A stretch of 64,000 bases of DNA from a virus (taxonomy: Duplodnaviria; Heunggongvirae; Uroviricota; Caudoviricetes): IMG/VR virus record IMGVR_UViG_3300035208_002606. One strand, written 5' to 3'. This document shows, piece after piece, positions 1 through 7,724 of this stretch. Positions within the stretch are counted from its first letter, which is position 1. Each line of letters begins with the position of its first letter. The notes beneath the pieces were generated by a model, which searched no databases, had not been told where the DNA came from, and saw nothing but the letters and a program-made list of their open reading frames with translations. The position numbers and the translations under genes were made by a program.

Positions 1-35
1 ACTGAAGAAATTCTTCGACAAGATTTTGGTTCCGC

Positions 36-254
36 TTAATCGCTAGGCGGTTCAGTAAACCCCAATCTTTTTGTGTGTTCGTGGGCGACTGTAAAAATAC
101 CAACGATAAGAGTCATTAAAGTTACGAACTCCCCACCCGTCAATTTATTCATAGCAAAAAACGCAACGCTAGGAATCCACACCAATATAAAGACGGTGAA
201 TTTAATCGATTTAATACGTTCCCGCCAAGGGTAATATTTTTTGGTTTCTGCCAT
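36..254 (-). CDS. small two-TM membrane protein (holin-like)
   Basis: 72 aa with two hydrophobic segments and charged ends; follows the structural-type gene on the minus strand. Confidence 0.4.
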   Translation of the reverse strand: MAETKKYYPWRERIKSIKFTVFILVWIPSVAFFAMNKLTGGEFVTLMTLIVGIFTVAHEHTKRLGFTEPPSD

Positions 255-264
255 TTCAACCCCC

Positions 265-1308
265 TTACGCCAACTGAAGCACCGCTAAGGTTTGGTCAAC
301 CGTTCCACGGTAATACAGGATTTGGTCGTGCGTGATATCATCGACAAAGGTCTCCCCCTTATTCAAAACAATTCCTACGACAGTTGCCGCATCCGACAAT
401 GTCGGGACTGAGTACTTGTAAAAGTCAACTTTGCGATTGGTGATATTCTTTTGGAGTATGCTGTTTGCTTTTTTGTCGTGAACGGCTACGCTGACGGCTG
501 AAATATTTCCAACCCAAGTTCCACCCGCTCCAGGATTGAATGTCAATGCTCCTGCGCTCTCTGCCGTAAAGTACATCGTGTAAGTTCCGTTGGCTGAAAT
601 ATTAGATTGTCCCTGACCACCCGCAACGATGTTAAGCCCCGTTCCAGGAACTGTAACATTACTTAAAGTCACCACGAGTTTATAGGTCACACCAACAACA
701 GGAACCCATCCTGTATCAACTACTAACGGAACGATGTTGCCTGTTGCGTGGCTCCATCCCGTTGCGGCGGCATAGGTAAATCCTGCTACAGGGGTCCAGC
801 CCCCGATGGCATCTGCGCCCGTTATGAGTTCCGCACCGTCAAGAGTAAAGGTGTAAGTGGTTCCTATCGTATTCACAACATTTCTCAACACCATACTGAT
901 TTCATCTTCCGACCCCGAACTTCTTGCCACATCATAAGGCCTGAAAACCAAATAAGTTTCATCAGAAACAGGAATCAATTGGGGTAGAACAGGGTCGGTA
1001 TCAAAAGTATAAAGACCCGTTACCGTACTATAAGAAACACTTCTAACAATATGGTCGATATGATAAGGGGCAAAATAAATTTCAATTTTACCGTCCGTGG
1101 TATTGTCCCCATTTTTACCTGTATTTTTAAGATAAAGGCGTTCTCTGTATTTCAGAACTTGTCCCCAAGTTAAACCGTCAGGACAGGCTATACATCCCCC
1201 GCCAACCCCTGCGGTGTAAGTAGTAAGATTACCCCATACAGTCGCACTCGCCATAGGAACGCTTAACAACGATGATTTCTCATATCTACGAAATTTCTCA
1301 ATAATCAT
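265..1308 (-). CDS. putative virion structural / tail-fibre-like protein
   Basis: Gly/Thr/Val-rich beta-type sequence; GAGG RBS; late-type TAAATA on the minus strand near 1325-1330. Confidence 0.45.
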   Translation of the reverse strand: MIIEKFRRYEKSSLLSVPMASATVWGNLTTYTAGVGGGCIACPDGLTWGQVLKYRERLYLKNTGKNGDNTTDGKIEIYFAPYHIDHIVRSVSYSTVTGLYTFDTDPVLPQLIPVSDETYLVFRPYDVARSSGSEDEISMVLRNVVNTIGTTYTFTLDGAELITGADAIGGWTPVAGFTYAAATGWSHATGNIVPLVVDTGWVPVVGVTYKLVVTLSNVTVPGTGLNIVAGGQGQSNISANGTYTMYFTAESAGALTFNPGAGGTWVGNISAVSVAVHDKKANSILQKNITNRKVDFYKYSVPTLSDAATVVGIVLNKGETFVDDITHDQILYYRGTVDQTLAVLQLA

Positions 1309-1362
1309 TTGCCACCTCTAAAGTTATTTATTAGAATTTGAAATAAACATTATAAAAAATAA

Positions 1363-1460
1363 TAAATAATAGTGTAGGGACAGGGGATGCAACCCTTTTT
1401 GAAAAGCCCAATTCTTTTCAAATTACCTACAATAAATTAAACTTAATTGGGAGGTTTAAG
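1363..1460 (+). promoter_or_regulatory. late promoter plus structured leader RNA, copy 1 (SD-sequestering pseudoknot)
   Basis: TAAATA 1363-1368; P1 tgtagg/cctaca; GGACAGG core; hairpin loop cccaatt (1407-1413) complementary to aattggg (1445-1451), which overlaps the SD. Confidence 0.8.
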
Positions 1461-2171
1461 ATGAGAAATAATCAAAAGGTTGTTTGGGGGTTTATTTATC
1501 TTTTTATTGTTTGTAATAAAGGGTATGTGGGACAAACCCCTTATTTAAAAAATAGATTTAAATGTCATTTTAAAATTAAAAAATCAAATTCTTACTTCCA
1601 CAATTCTTTACGCAAATACTTTAAAGAAAATAGTTCTTTCGAAATTTTAGAATGTTGGAAAAGAAATGAAAGAAGTTTAGAAGAATTTAAAAAATTACTT
1701 AATAATAGAGAAATATTTTGGATTGATAAATTAGGCACTTTTGACCCTGAACAAAAAAAGGGTTGGAATTTAACCCGTGGTGGTGGGGGAATTCTTGGAT
1801 TAAAAGGAAAATTTAGTCCAAATTGGAATAAAAAATTGTCTATAGAAACTAGAAGAAAAATAAGTGAAAATCACGCAAATATGTCAGGAATGAATAATCC
1901 TTGTTTTGGAAGAACGAAAGAGAAACATCCCTTTTTTGGAAAAAGGGGGAGTTCAACTTACTATTTTGGAAAGCACCATACAAAAGAAACAAAAAATAAT
2001 ATTTCTAAAAAAACAAGAGGGGAAAATAATGGTTCGGTAAAATTAACAGAAAAAGAAGTAATTGAAATAAAAAATAGTAGTTTATCTCAAATAGAGTTAG
2101 GAAAAATTTATAAAATACATCAATCTCATGTTTCTAGAATAAAAAGAAATGTAAATTGGAAATATTTATAA
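1461..2171 (+). CDS. GIY-YIG homing endonuclease (Seg-like) with NUMOD3-type repeats and C-terminal HTH
   Basis: GFIY...YVGQT, GWNLTRGG, NPCFG/HPFFGK repeats; AT-rich. Confidence 0.85.
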   Translation: MRNNQKVVWGFIYLFIVCNKGYVGQTPYLKNRFKCHFKIKKSNSYFHNSLRKYFKENSSFEILECWKRNERSLEEFKKLLNNREIFWIDKLGTFDPEQKKGWNLTRGGGGILGLKGKFSPNWNKKLSIETRRKISENHANMSGMNNPCFGRTKEKHPFFGKRGSSTYYFGKHHTKETKNNISKKTRGENNGSVKLTEKEVIEIKNSSLSQIELGKIYKIHQSHVSRIKRNVNWKYL

Positions 2172-2193
2172 CCATATATGATATAATATAAGT

Positions 2194-2529
2194 ATGAAAA
2201 AGATAATTAACAAACTTGTGCGAGATAAAATTCCTGAATTAATTTTAAAAAATGGAGAAGAGGGGGATTATTATCAATTTCCACTTGGCCCTGATTATGA
2301 AATAGAACTTATTAATAAATTAGGTGAAGAAATTGGTGAATATCTAGATAGCAAGAACCCTGAGGAACTGGCTGATATCTTGGAAGTTTTGATGGAGTTG
2401 GCGAAAATTAGGGATATCCCCTTTTCAGAAATCGAGGCCATTCGTCAGAAAAAGTTGAACGACCGAGGTGGCTTCAGTAAGAGAATATTCCTGGTGAAGG
2501 TGAGGGAAAATGAGAAACATGACGGATAA
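2194..2529 (+). CDS. MazG-like / PRA-PH-family nucleoside triphosphate pyrophosphohydrolase
   Basis: NKLVRDKIPE...KLGEEIGE...EELADILEV...RGGF signature. Confidence 0.8.
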   Translation: MKKIINKLVRDKIPELILKNGEEGDYYQFPLGPDYEIELINKLGEEIGEYLDSKNPEELADILEVLMELAKIRDIPFSEIEAIRQKKLNDRGGFSKRIFLVKVRENEKHDG

Positions 2530-2965
2530 GGAAACCGCCCAACACTTGAGAGAGTGGGTCAAGACTAATCATGCGACTTTTGCATGGCCTACCGATGCTT
2601 GCGGATACGAACAACATATTAAATTCGTAGAGCATCGAAACAAGAATTGGAACGGTTCGAGCATAGAGGAATTCAATAAGTTTATTTTGGACTATGCGGA
2701 TTCATTAGATGCATGTGATGAATTGGAAAAAATGATGCAGAAAACTCGCAACGCTCAAATTCGACCCAAGAAAAGATGGTGGCACATCAGGAAAAAGGTT
2801 TATTGCACCGAATGTAAGTACGAACGCGGCATGCAGATGGAAATGTTCGGGGTTGTTACGGAGATACCTATATGTGGTAAAGCCGAAAAAGATGGTGGCT
2901 ATAAAAACCGTTATCGTAAAAACAAAAGTAACAACTGCAAAGATTTTGAAGTAAAGGATAATTAA
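2510..2965 (+). CDS. hypothetical protein, Cys-containing C-terminal part
   Basis: ORF in a tightly packed run of genes. Confidence 0.5.
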   Translation: MRNMTDKETAQHLREWVKTNHATFAWPTDACGYEQHIKFVEHRNKNWNGSSIEEFNKFILDYADSLDACDELEKMMQKTRNAQIRPKKRWWHIRKKVYCTECKYERGMQMEMFGVVTEIPICGKAEKDGGYKNRYRKNKSNNCKDFEVKDN

Positions 2966-2966
2966 A

Positions 2967-3185
2967 ATGACCAAACAAGAATTCCTTGATAAGATTGATG
3001 ATGTTCGTGTAATGACAAACCATCTTTTTGTAACCGAAGATGATGGAGAGGAGTGGCAGGATGAAGCGGCCCAAGTAATCAAAACGCTAGGGGAACTTAG
3101 GAGTGATGCAGAACTCCTGCTTGAAGAAGAATACGATGCGGGTTATGAATTGGGGCTGAACAGAAGCGAAAATCTAAAGGAGTAA
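2967..3185 (+). CDS. hypothetical protein
   Basis: packed ORF, acidic. Confidence 0.5.
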   Translation: MTKQEFLDKIDDVRVMTNHLFVTEDDGEEWQDEAAQVIKTLGELRSDAELLLEEEYDAGYELGLNRSENLKE

Positions 3186-3187
3186 TA

Positions 3188-3418
3188 ATGCACCTGTTCA
3201 CCCTTGCCGAGAAAATGAGGTTGTGGATGAAATTACATCCCGACATGCAAAGTTCTTGCGAGTCATGTCCGATAAACAGAAGGGATGAGGGTTTTTCGGC
3301 AGATATCTGTAATGATTTGATAGCGATATTTCAAAAGAGATACAACATGCCCACTACGACAAAAATTTATGATTTATGCCCCGTTCCATTTATGGAGAGA
3401 GAGGATTTTGGAGAATGA
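3188..3418 (+). CDS. hypothetical Cys-rich protein
   Basis: AAGGAG RBS; CxxCP motif. Confidence 0.5.
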   Translation: MHLFTLAEKMRLWMKLHPDMQSSCESCPINRRDEGFSADICNDLIAIFQKRYNMPTTTKIYDLCPVPFMEREDFGE

Positions 3419-3861
3419 ACAGAGAAGAGATATCTTCCCAACTTCGTCTGATTTACGCCAAGACGAAACGCCAAGTAAACTTAGGAGACAGCGAACTTAT
3501 CTTGCACGACCTCTTCGGAATTGAAGATATTAAAATTTCAGTTGCCGAACATTTTGAAGATGCCTACAAGGATTATTTCGTTGTTCAAAAATTTGACGAC
3601 TCCAAGAGAGAGTTATGGAGTTACGAAGACATTTATGATTTTCTCAACACCCTGCTCCATATCAACATGGATGACCTGATTATTTTTTTCACCCACGATG
3701 AAATATTGGAGTATACTATTTCTTTAATAAATGTTTTGAATCGTGCCTTCAATAATTGGGTTCAAAACAAGAGAAGCGGTTTCAGGAAGGGAACGAAAAT
3801 TTATTTGGAGATGGACTCCGATGGAATTCATTTATATCTGAAGCCGGAGATAAAGACATAA
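3415..3861 (+). CDS. hypothetical protein
   Basis: ATGA overlap with the upstream stop; GGAG RBS. Confidence 0.55.
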   Translation: MNREEISSQLRLIYAKTKRQVNLGDSELILHDLFGIEDIKISVAEHFEDAYKDYFVVQKFDDSKRELWSYEDIYDFLNTLLHINMDDLIIFFTHDEILEYTISLINVLNRAFNNWVQNKRSGFRKGTKIYLEMDSDGIHLYLKPEIKT

Positions 3862-4095
3862 ATGAGAGAACAACTAGAATCCCTTATGATTAATTCCTTT
3901 ATGTCGTACAAGCAATTGGAACGCATTTTAGAAGAGAGCGAAAAAATCCCCGCTAGGGATATGCAGACTTTGAAAAATTTGCAACGAGAATTTTTTAAAA
4001 TAATAAATAGTTTTGTTCGGGCAATTCCTGAGACCAAAAACGAAGATAAAAAAGAAAATAAAAATAACGAAGATAAAAACGAATTAATTGTGTAA
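3862..4095 (+). CDS. hypothetical protein
   Basis: abuts the upstream stop. Confidence 0.5.
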   Translation: MREQLESLMINSFMSYKQLERILEESEKIPARDMQTLKNLQREFFKIINSFVRAIPETKNEDKKENKNNEDKNELIV

Positions 4096-4100
4096 CACTT

Positions 4101-4111
4101 TGTGGTATAAT
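4101..4111 (+). promoter_or_regulatory. extended -10 promoter (TGTGGTATAAT) likely driving the Y-RNA array and Ro60 gene
   Basis: TGTG(G/A)TATAAT recurs at 16094, 24218, 27170, 43069, 46755 and 49105, each before a gene start. Confidence 0.7.
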
Positions 4112-4151
4112 ATTCTTGTTGAAAGGATTTGAGAGTTATTTGACATTTTTG

Positions 4152-4255
4152 TTGAACGTGGCGACAGGGAAGAGTTACTTCTATCGAAATGGGAATGCAC
4201 CCAAATATGGGCGCTTGGGCTTCGGCCTTCTCTCTTTCCGCATGTTCCCGTTCAA
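4152..4255 (+). ncRNA. Y RNA-like module 1
   Basis: ttgaacg/cgttcaa closing stem; tggcgaca...tgttcc bulged helix; gagttacttc motif. Confidence 0.7.
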
Positions 4256-4264
4256 AGCAATATT

Positions 4265-4456
4265 AAAGATGTGGCGACAGAATGAGTTACTTCATTACAA
4301 CTATTATTTCTTACCCACGGGTAAGAAGCGGCGGGTAAACCCGCTGAAAGCCGCAAGGCGAAATGCCGTGAAATTCGGTGAGAGTCATAGGAACTACGCT
4401 TATGACTCGCCCACAATAAAGTGGGCGAGAAACTCGTTCGCTCATTCCCATCTTTT
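4265..4456 (+). ncRNA. Y RNA-like module 2 (large multi-hairpin cargo)
   Basis: aaagatg/catcttt stem; tggcgacagaatgagttacttc ... actcgttcgctcattcc; at least five internal hairpins. Confidence 0.7.
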
Positions 4457-4465
4457 AGCATTATT

Positions 4466-4577
4466 CGGATGTGGCGACAGAATGAGTTACTTCGGTTAAT
4501 AACTACACAGTAGTTTAGCGGGTTCAAACCCCGCAAAGGCCTTCGGGCTTTAAGACTTATTCGCTCATTCCCATCCG
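4466..4577 (+). ncRNA. Y RNA-like module 3 (T-arm-like hairpin)
   Basis: cggatg/catccg stem; gcgggttcaaaccccgc T-arm mimic; cttcgg hairpin. Confidence 0.7.
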
Positions 4578-4587
4578 TAGCATTATT

Positions 4588-4648
4588 AAGGCGTGGTGTA
4601 GACAGAGATACTTCATTGGAAAAAGCCTCTGTCGATTGTTCCCGCTTT
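4588..4648 (+). ncRNA. Y RNA-like module 4 (minimal)
   Basis: aaggcg/cgcttt stem, gacagag/ctctgtc stem, atacttc motif, almost no cargo. Confidence 0.65.
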
Positions 4649-4659
4649 TAGCATTATTA

Positions 4660-4744
4660 GAGTGTGGCGATAGATATGGGTTACTTCAAAACTAACCATC
4701 TTGGTTCTGCCGAAAGGCAATAGCCCTGTCGCATGTTCCCACTC
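4660..4744 (+). ncRNA. Y RNA-like module 5
   Basis: gagtg/cactc stem; tggcgata...gcatgttcc; ggttacttc; tgcc-gaaa-ggca hairpin. Confidence 0.65.
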
Positions 4745-4756
4745 GTAGCATTATTA

Positions 4757-4895
4757 GGAAGTGGTGTAGATATGAGATACTTCAATAAGATTAAACTGGC
4801 AGTTATGGGTTCGAATCCCATCCAACCTCACGAGGCCGGTAGTTCAATGGTAGAACGGCTAGTCCCCAAAAAGCCTCTATCGCTTGTTCCCTTCC
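4757..4895 (+). ncRNA. YrlA-type Y RNA module 6 (permuted tRNA-like domain)
   Basis: ggaag/cttcc stem; T arm atgggttcgaatcccat comes before a capped stem and a D arm tagttcaatggtagaac. Confidence 0.8.
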
Positions 4896-4906
4896 GTAGC
4901 AATATT

Positions 4907-5052
4907 TACTTGCGTGGTGAAAGGTGAAAGTTACTTCAATGTAATGAAACGATTTCAGGTTCGAGTCCTGACTTAGCCGCAAGGTTATGTAGCCTAATTG
5001 GTAAGGCGTTAGCCCGTAAGGGCAAGACTTTTGCCGCCTGTTCCCGCGAGTA
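4907..5052 (+). ncRNA. YrlA-type Y RNA module 7 (permuted tRNA-like domain)
   Basis: tacttgcg/cgcgagta stem; T arm tcaggttcgagtcctga, gcaa-capped stem, D arm tagcctaattggtaaggc. Confidence 0.8.
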
Positions 5053-5083
5053 CTGAACAAAAATTAAAAATAGGAGATAAACA

Positions 5084-6400
5084 ATGAAGACCAACAAGAA
5101 GACCGTGGCGCAAACGAAGACGACTCACGAAGGTGGTCGTGCTTCTCGTATTACCGCTCTTCAAGAACTAAAGAGGTCGGTAATGTCGTGTCTGCTTTTC
5201 GAAGACCAATTCTACGAGAACGGCGTGGATAACGCAACTCGTATCAAGAATTTGGTGGCGAAGGTAGACCCGCAGGATGCCGTTGCCGTGGCTATTTCAG
5301 CACGAAACGACATGCACCTTCGACATGCCCCGTTGTGGATTGCACGATGGTTGGCAAAGAATCCCGAAGCAAAGGTAGGAGAACTCTTGCCGCAAATTAT
5401 CCAACGAGCAGACGAACTCGCAGAGTTCGTTGCGATGTATTGGAAGGACAAGAAGCAACCGCTCTCCAAGCAAGTTAAGAAAGGTCTAGCCCAAGCATTT
5501 ACGAAGTTCAACGAGTATGCTTTGGCGAAGCACAACAGGGAAGGCGCAGTCAAACTGCGAGATGTCTTGTTCCTTTCTCACGCCAAGCCGAAGGATAAGG
5601 AGCAGGCAGAACTGTGGAAGAAACTCATTGACGGAACTCTCGCAACTCCCGACACTTGGGAAGTCGCCCTGTCAGCAGGGAAGGACAAGAAGGAAACCTT
5701 TGAGCGCATGTTGAAGGAGAACACTCTTGGGGACATGGCGTTCATGCGTAACCTGAGGAACATGGCCCAAGCCAAGGTGGACGAAAAACTCATCAAGGAG
5801 TCCTTCAAGAAGAGGAATTTCAACAAGGTATTCCCCTACCGTTTCATTGCGGCGGCTGAAAATGCGCCGTCCTTTGCGGCAGAGTTGGAGAAGAAAATGT
5901 TGGAGTCCCTGTCCGAGCATCCGAAGTTGGACGGCAAGACCGTTCTGCTCATCGATGTTTCGGGTTCGATGGACATGGAGATGTCGGGCAAGTCAGAGAT
6001 GACGAGAATCCATGCGGCTTCGGCTATCGCAGTACTCGCAAGGGAAATCTGCGAGAATGTTCAAATCTTCACTTTCTCCGAAAGGGCAAAGGAAGTGCCG
6101 AATGTTCACGGGTTCGGACTCATCGACAAGATTTGGAATTCGCAAATGCGCGGCGGCACGAATCTGTGGGGAAGCATTCGACAGATTGATGCCAAGGTGG
6201 ACTACGACAGGATGATTGTCTTCACGGACGAACAGGCTCACGACAGCATGACGAGTAAGCCGAAAGGTCAACTCTATGTCGTGAATGTCGGAGCCTATCA
6301 GAACGGCGTGGCCTACAAGAACTCCGTGCATATTGACGGATTCTCCGAGAAGGTTATTGACTTCATCATGGAGTACGAAAAACAAAGTGTGGTAGAATAG
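5084..6400 (+). CDS. rsr: Ro60/TROVE-domain RNA-binding protein with C-terminal vWA domain
   Basis: THEGG start, EDQFYE, KLRDVLFLSHAKP, TWEVALS, AFMRNLRN, PYRF, vWA MIDAS DVSGSM, GGT and FTDEQ. Confidence 0.92.
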   Translation: MKTNKKTVAQTKTTHEGGRASRITALQELKRSVMSCLLFEDQFYENGVDNATRIKNLVAKVDPQDAVAVAISARNDMHLRHAPLWIARWLAKNPEAKVGELLPQIIQRADELAEFVAMYWKDKKQPLSKQVKKGLAQAFTKFNEYALAKHNREGAVKLRDVLFLSHAKPKDKEQAELWKKLIDGTLATPDTWEVALSAGKDKKETFERMLKENTLGDMAFMRNLRNMAQAKVDEKLIKESFKKRNFNKVFPYRFIAAAENAPSFAAELEKKMLESLSEHPKLDGKTVLLIDVSGSMDMEMSGKSEMTRIHAASAIAVLAREICENVQIFTFSERAKEVPNVHGFGLIDKIWNSQMRGGTNLWGSIRQIDAKVDYDRMIVFTDEQAHDSMTSKPKGQLYVVNVGAYQNGVAYKNSVHIDGFSEKVIDFIMEYEKQSVVE

Positions 6401-6401
6401 T

Positions 6402-6433
6402 AAAAGGGGTGGTGGAAACACCACCCCTTTTTT
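6402..6433 (+). terminator. rho-independent terminator
   Basis: aaaaggggtggtg-gaaa-caccaccccttttttt. Confidence 0.85.
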
Positions 6434-6444
6434 AAAGGAGTAGA

Positions 6445-6750
6445 ATGAAAAGTGATTTTGTAGAAGGGCGGCAGTATATTGAATGTACTTGTGGAAGCAC
6501 CGACCATTTGTTAGTATTTGAACTCGACCCTCATTTTTGCGAAAAGTGGGGAGAGGTTTCAGTTTCTTTCACAAGCGGATATCACGAAAGATTTTTTGCG
6601 AGGTTAAAGGCCGCTGTCAAATATCTGTTTAAAAAGGAAAAATACTTACACATCAGCGACAGCATCATCATCAACGAGAAAAATTTAAAAGCACTAAAAA
6701 CAGCAATTAAGGAAATAGAAAAATTAGCCAAAACAAAAAAATTAGTTTAA
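6445..6750 (+). CDS. hypothetical protein
   Basis: AAGGAG RBS; CxC...H motif. Confidence 0.55.
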   Translation: MKSDFVEGRQYIECTCGSTDHLLVFELDPHFCEKWGEVSVSFTSGYHERFFARLKAAVKYLFKKEKYLHISDSIIINEKNLKALKTAIKEIEKLAKTKKLV

Positions 6751-6793
6751 CAAAGCATAGGGAAAAATTTCAAATAAGGAGGAAAAATTAACT

Positions 6794-7654
6794 ATGGACA
6801 TTAACAGTTTAATCAGCAGGGACGAGATTCAGAAGGACTTGGAGAAGAAGTCCGGCGGCGGGGAGATGAGCGACAGTCGTTTCGTTCGCATCCCCGATGG
6901 AAAGATGAAGGTGCGGCTCCTGCCACGCCTTGAATCGAAGGTTCCTTGGAAGACGGTATTCAGTCACCGTTACAACAAGAACGGCGAGAAATTATTCTCG
7001 ACCTGTCGCAAGACTTTCGGAAAGACCGATTGCCCAATTTGCAAGAGGTCATGGGCGATGTGGAATTCAGAGAACAAGGAAACGAAGGACACGGGCTATA
7101 CGGTTCGTGCAACCCCACGTTATATGTTCAACTGCTACATCGTAGACAACCCGACTAGGCCCGAAGAGAACGGAAGTGTTAAGATTCTTTCCGTGGGTAA
7201 GAAACTCTTCGACCTCATCTCAGAGAGTTTCAATTCCGAGGACTTGGGTGCGGCTATCTTTGACGCAGTCAACGGGTTCGATTTCGAAATCAACCGCAAG
7301 AAGTCAGGAGATAATCCTGATTATCCCGACTACTCTTCATCCCGCTTTATCTTCAAGAAGAGCGGCATCGTGAAGAGTTGGAAGGAAATCGAGGACAAAC
7401 TCATCAACATCAACGAACTCATCAAGGAAGAGTCTGTTGGCGAACTGATGGAGGCCTTCAAGTTCTTGGGGTTTGACGATATTCCTGTAGAGGAAAAGTC
7501 AGCACCGAAGAAACAGGCTCCCGTAAAGAAAGAGGAGAAGAAAGAGGAAGAAGAGGTTGACCTTGATGACCTAGAGGGAGACAACGGCGAAGAGACGAAC
7601 GGTTCCGACTCGCTTGACGATATCGACATCGAAGACGAGTTGGCAAACCTGTAG
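6794..7654 (+). CDS. single-stranded DNA-binding protein (T4 gp32-like)
   Basis: VRLLP, Zn ligands H/C...CPIC, NPTRPEENGSVKI, GFDF, YPDYSSSRF, acidic tail; precedes UvsX. Confidence 0.85.
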   Translation: MDINSLISRDEIQKDLEKKSGGGEMSDSRFVRIPDGKMKVRLLPRLESKVPWKTVFSHRYNKNGEKLFSTCRKTFGKTDCPICKRSWAMWNSENKETKDTGYTVRATPRYMFNCYIVDNPTRPEENGSVKILSVGKKLFDLISESFNSEDLGAAIFDAVNGFDFEINRKKSGDNPDYPDYSSSRFIFKKSGIVKSWKEIEDKLININELIKEESVGELMEAFKFLGFDDIPVEEKSAPKKQAPVKKEEKKEEEEVDLDDLEGDNGEETNGSDSLDDIDIEDELANL

Positions 7655-7678
7655 TAGTTTTTTACGCCAGGGCTTTCG

Positions 7679-7710
7679 GCCCGTTTCTCCCTTAGAAACG
7701 GGCATTTTTT
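7679..7710 (+). terminator. rho-independent terminator
   Basis: gcccgtttct-ccctt-agaaacgggc followed by atttttt. Confidence 0.75.
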
Positions 7711-7724
7711 CATAAGGAGAAATA

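Noticed and set aside
4800-5010. Canonical tRNA genes
   Set aside because: The T arm precedes the D arm, there is no anticodon arm between them in tRNA order, and there is no acceptor end or CCA.
4152-5052. CRISPR array interpretation of the repeats
   Set aside because: The repeats are degenerate and split into two arms that pair across each unit, the inserts vary widely in length and are highly structured, and no cas gene is present. The adjacent Ro60 gene explains them better.
4116-5060. ORFs 4116-4499, 4252-4536, 4733-4927 and 4803-5060
   Set aside because: They overlap the structured repeat array, lack good RBSs, and their repeated peptides (MSYF/MRYF) simply translate the RNA motif.
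6751-6793. T4-type gp32 autoregulatory pseudoknot
   Set aside because: The upstream region is short and A-rich and I could not find a convincing pseudoknot.
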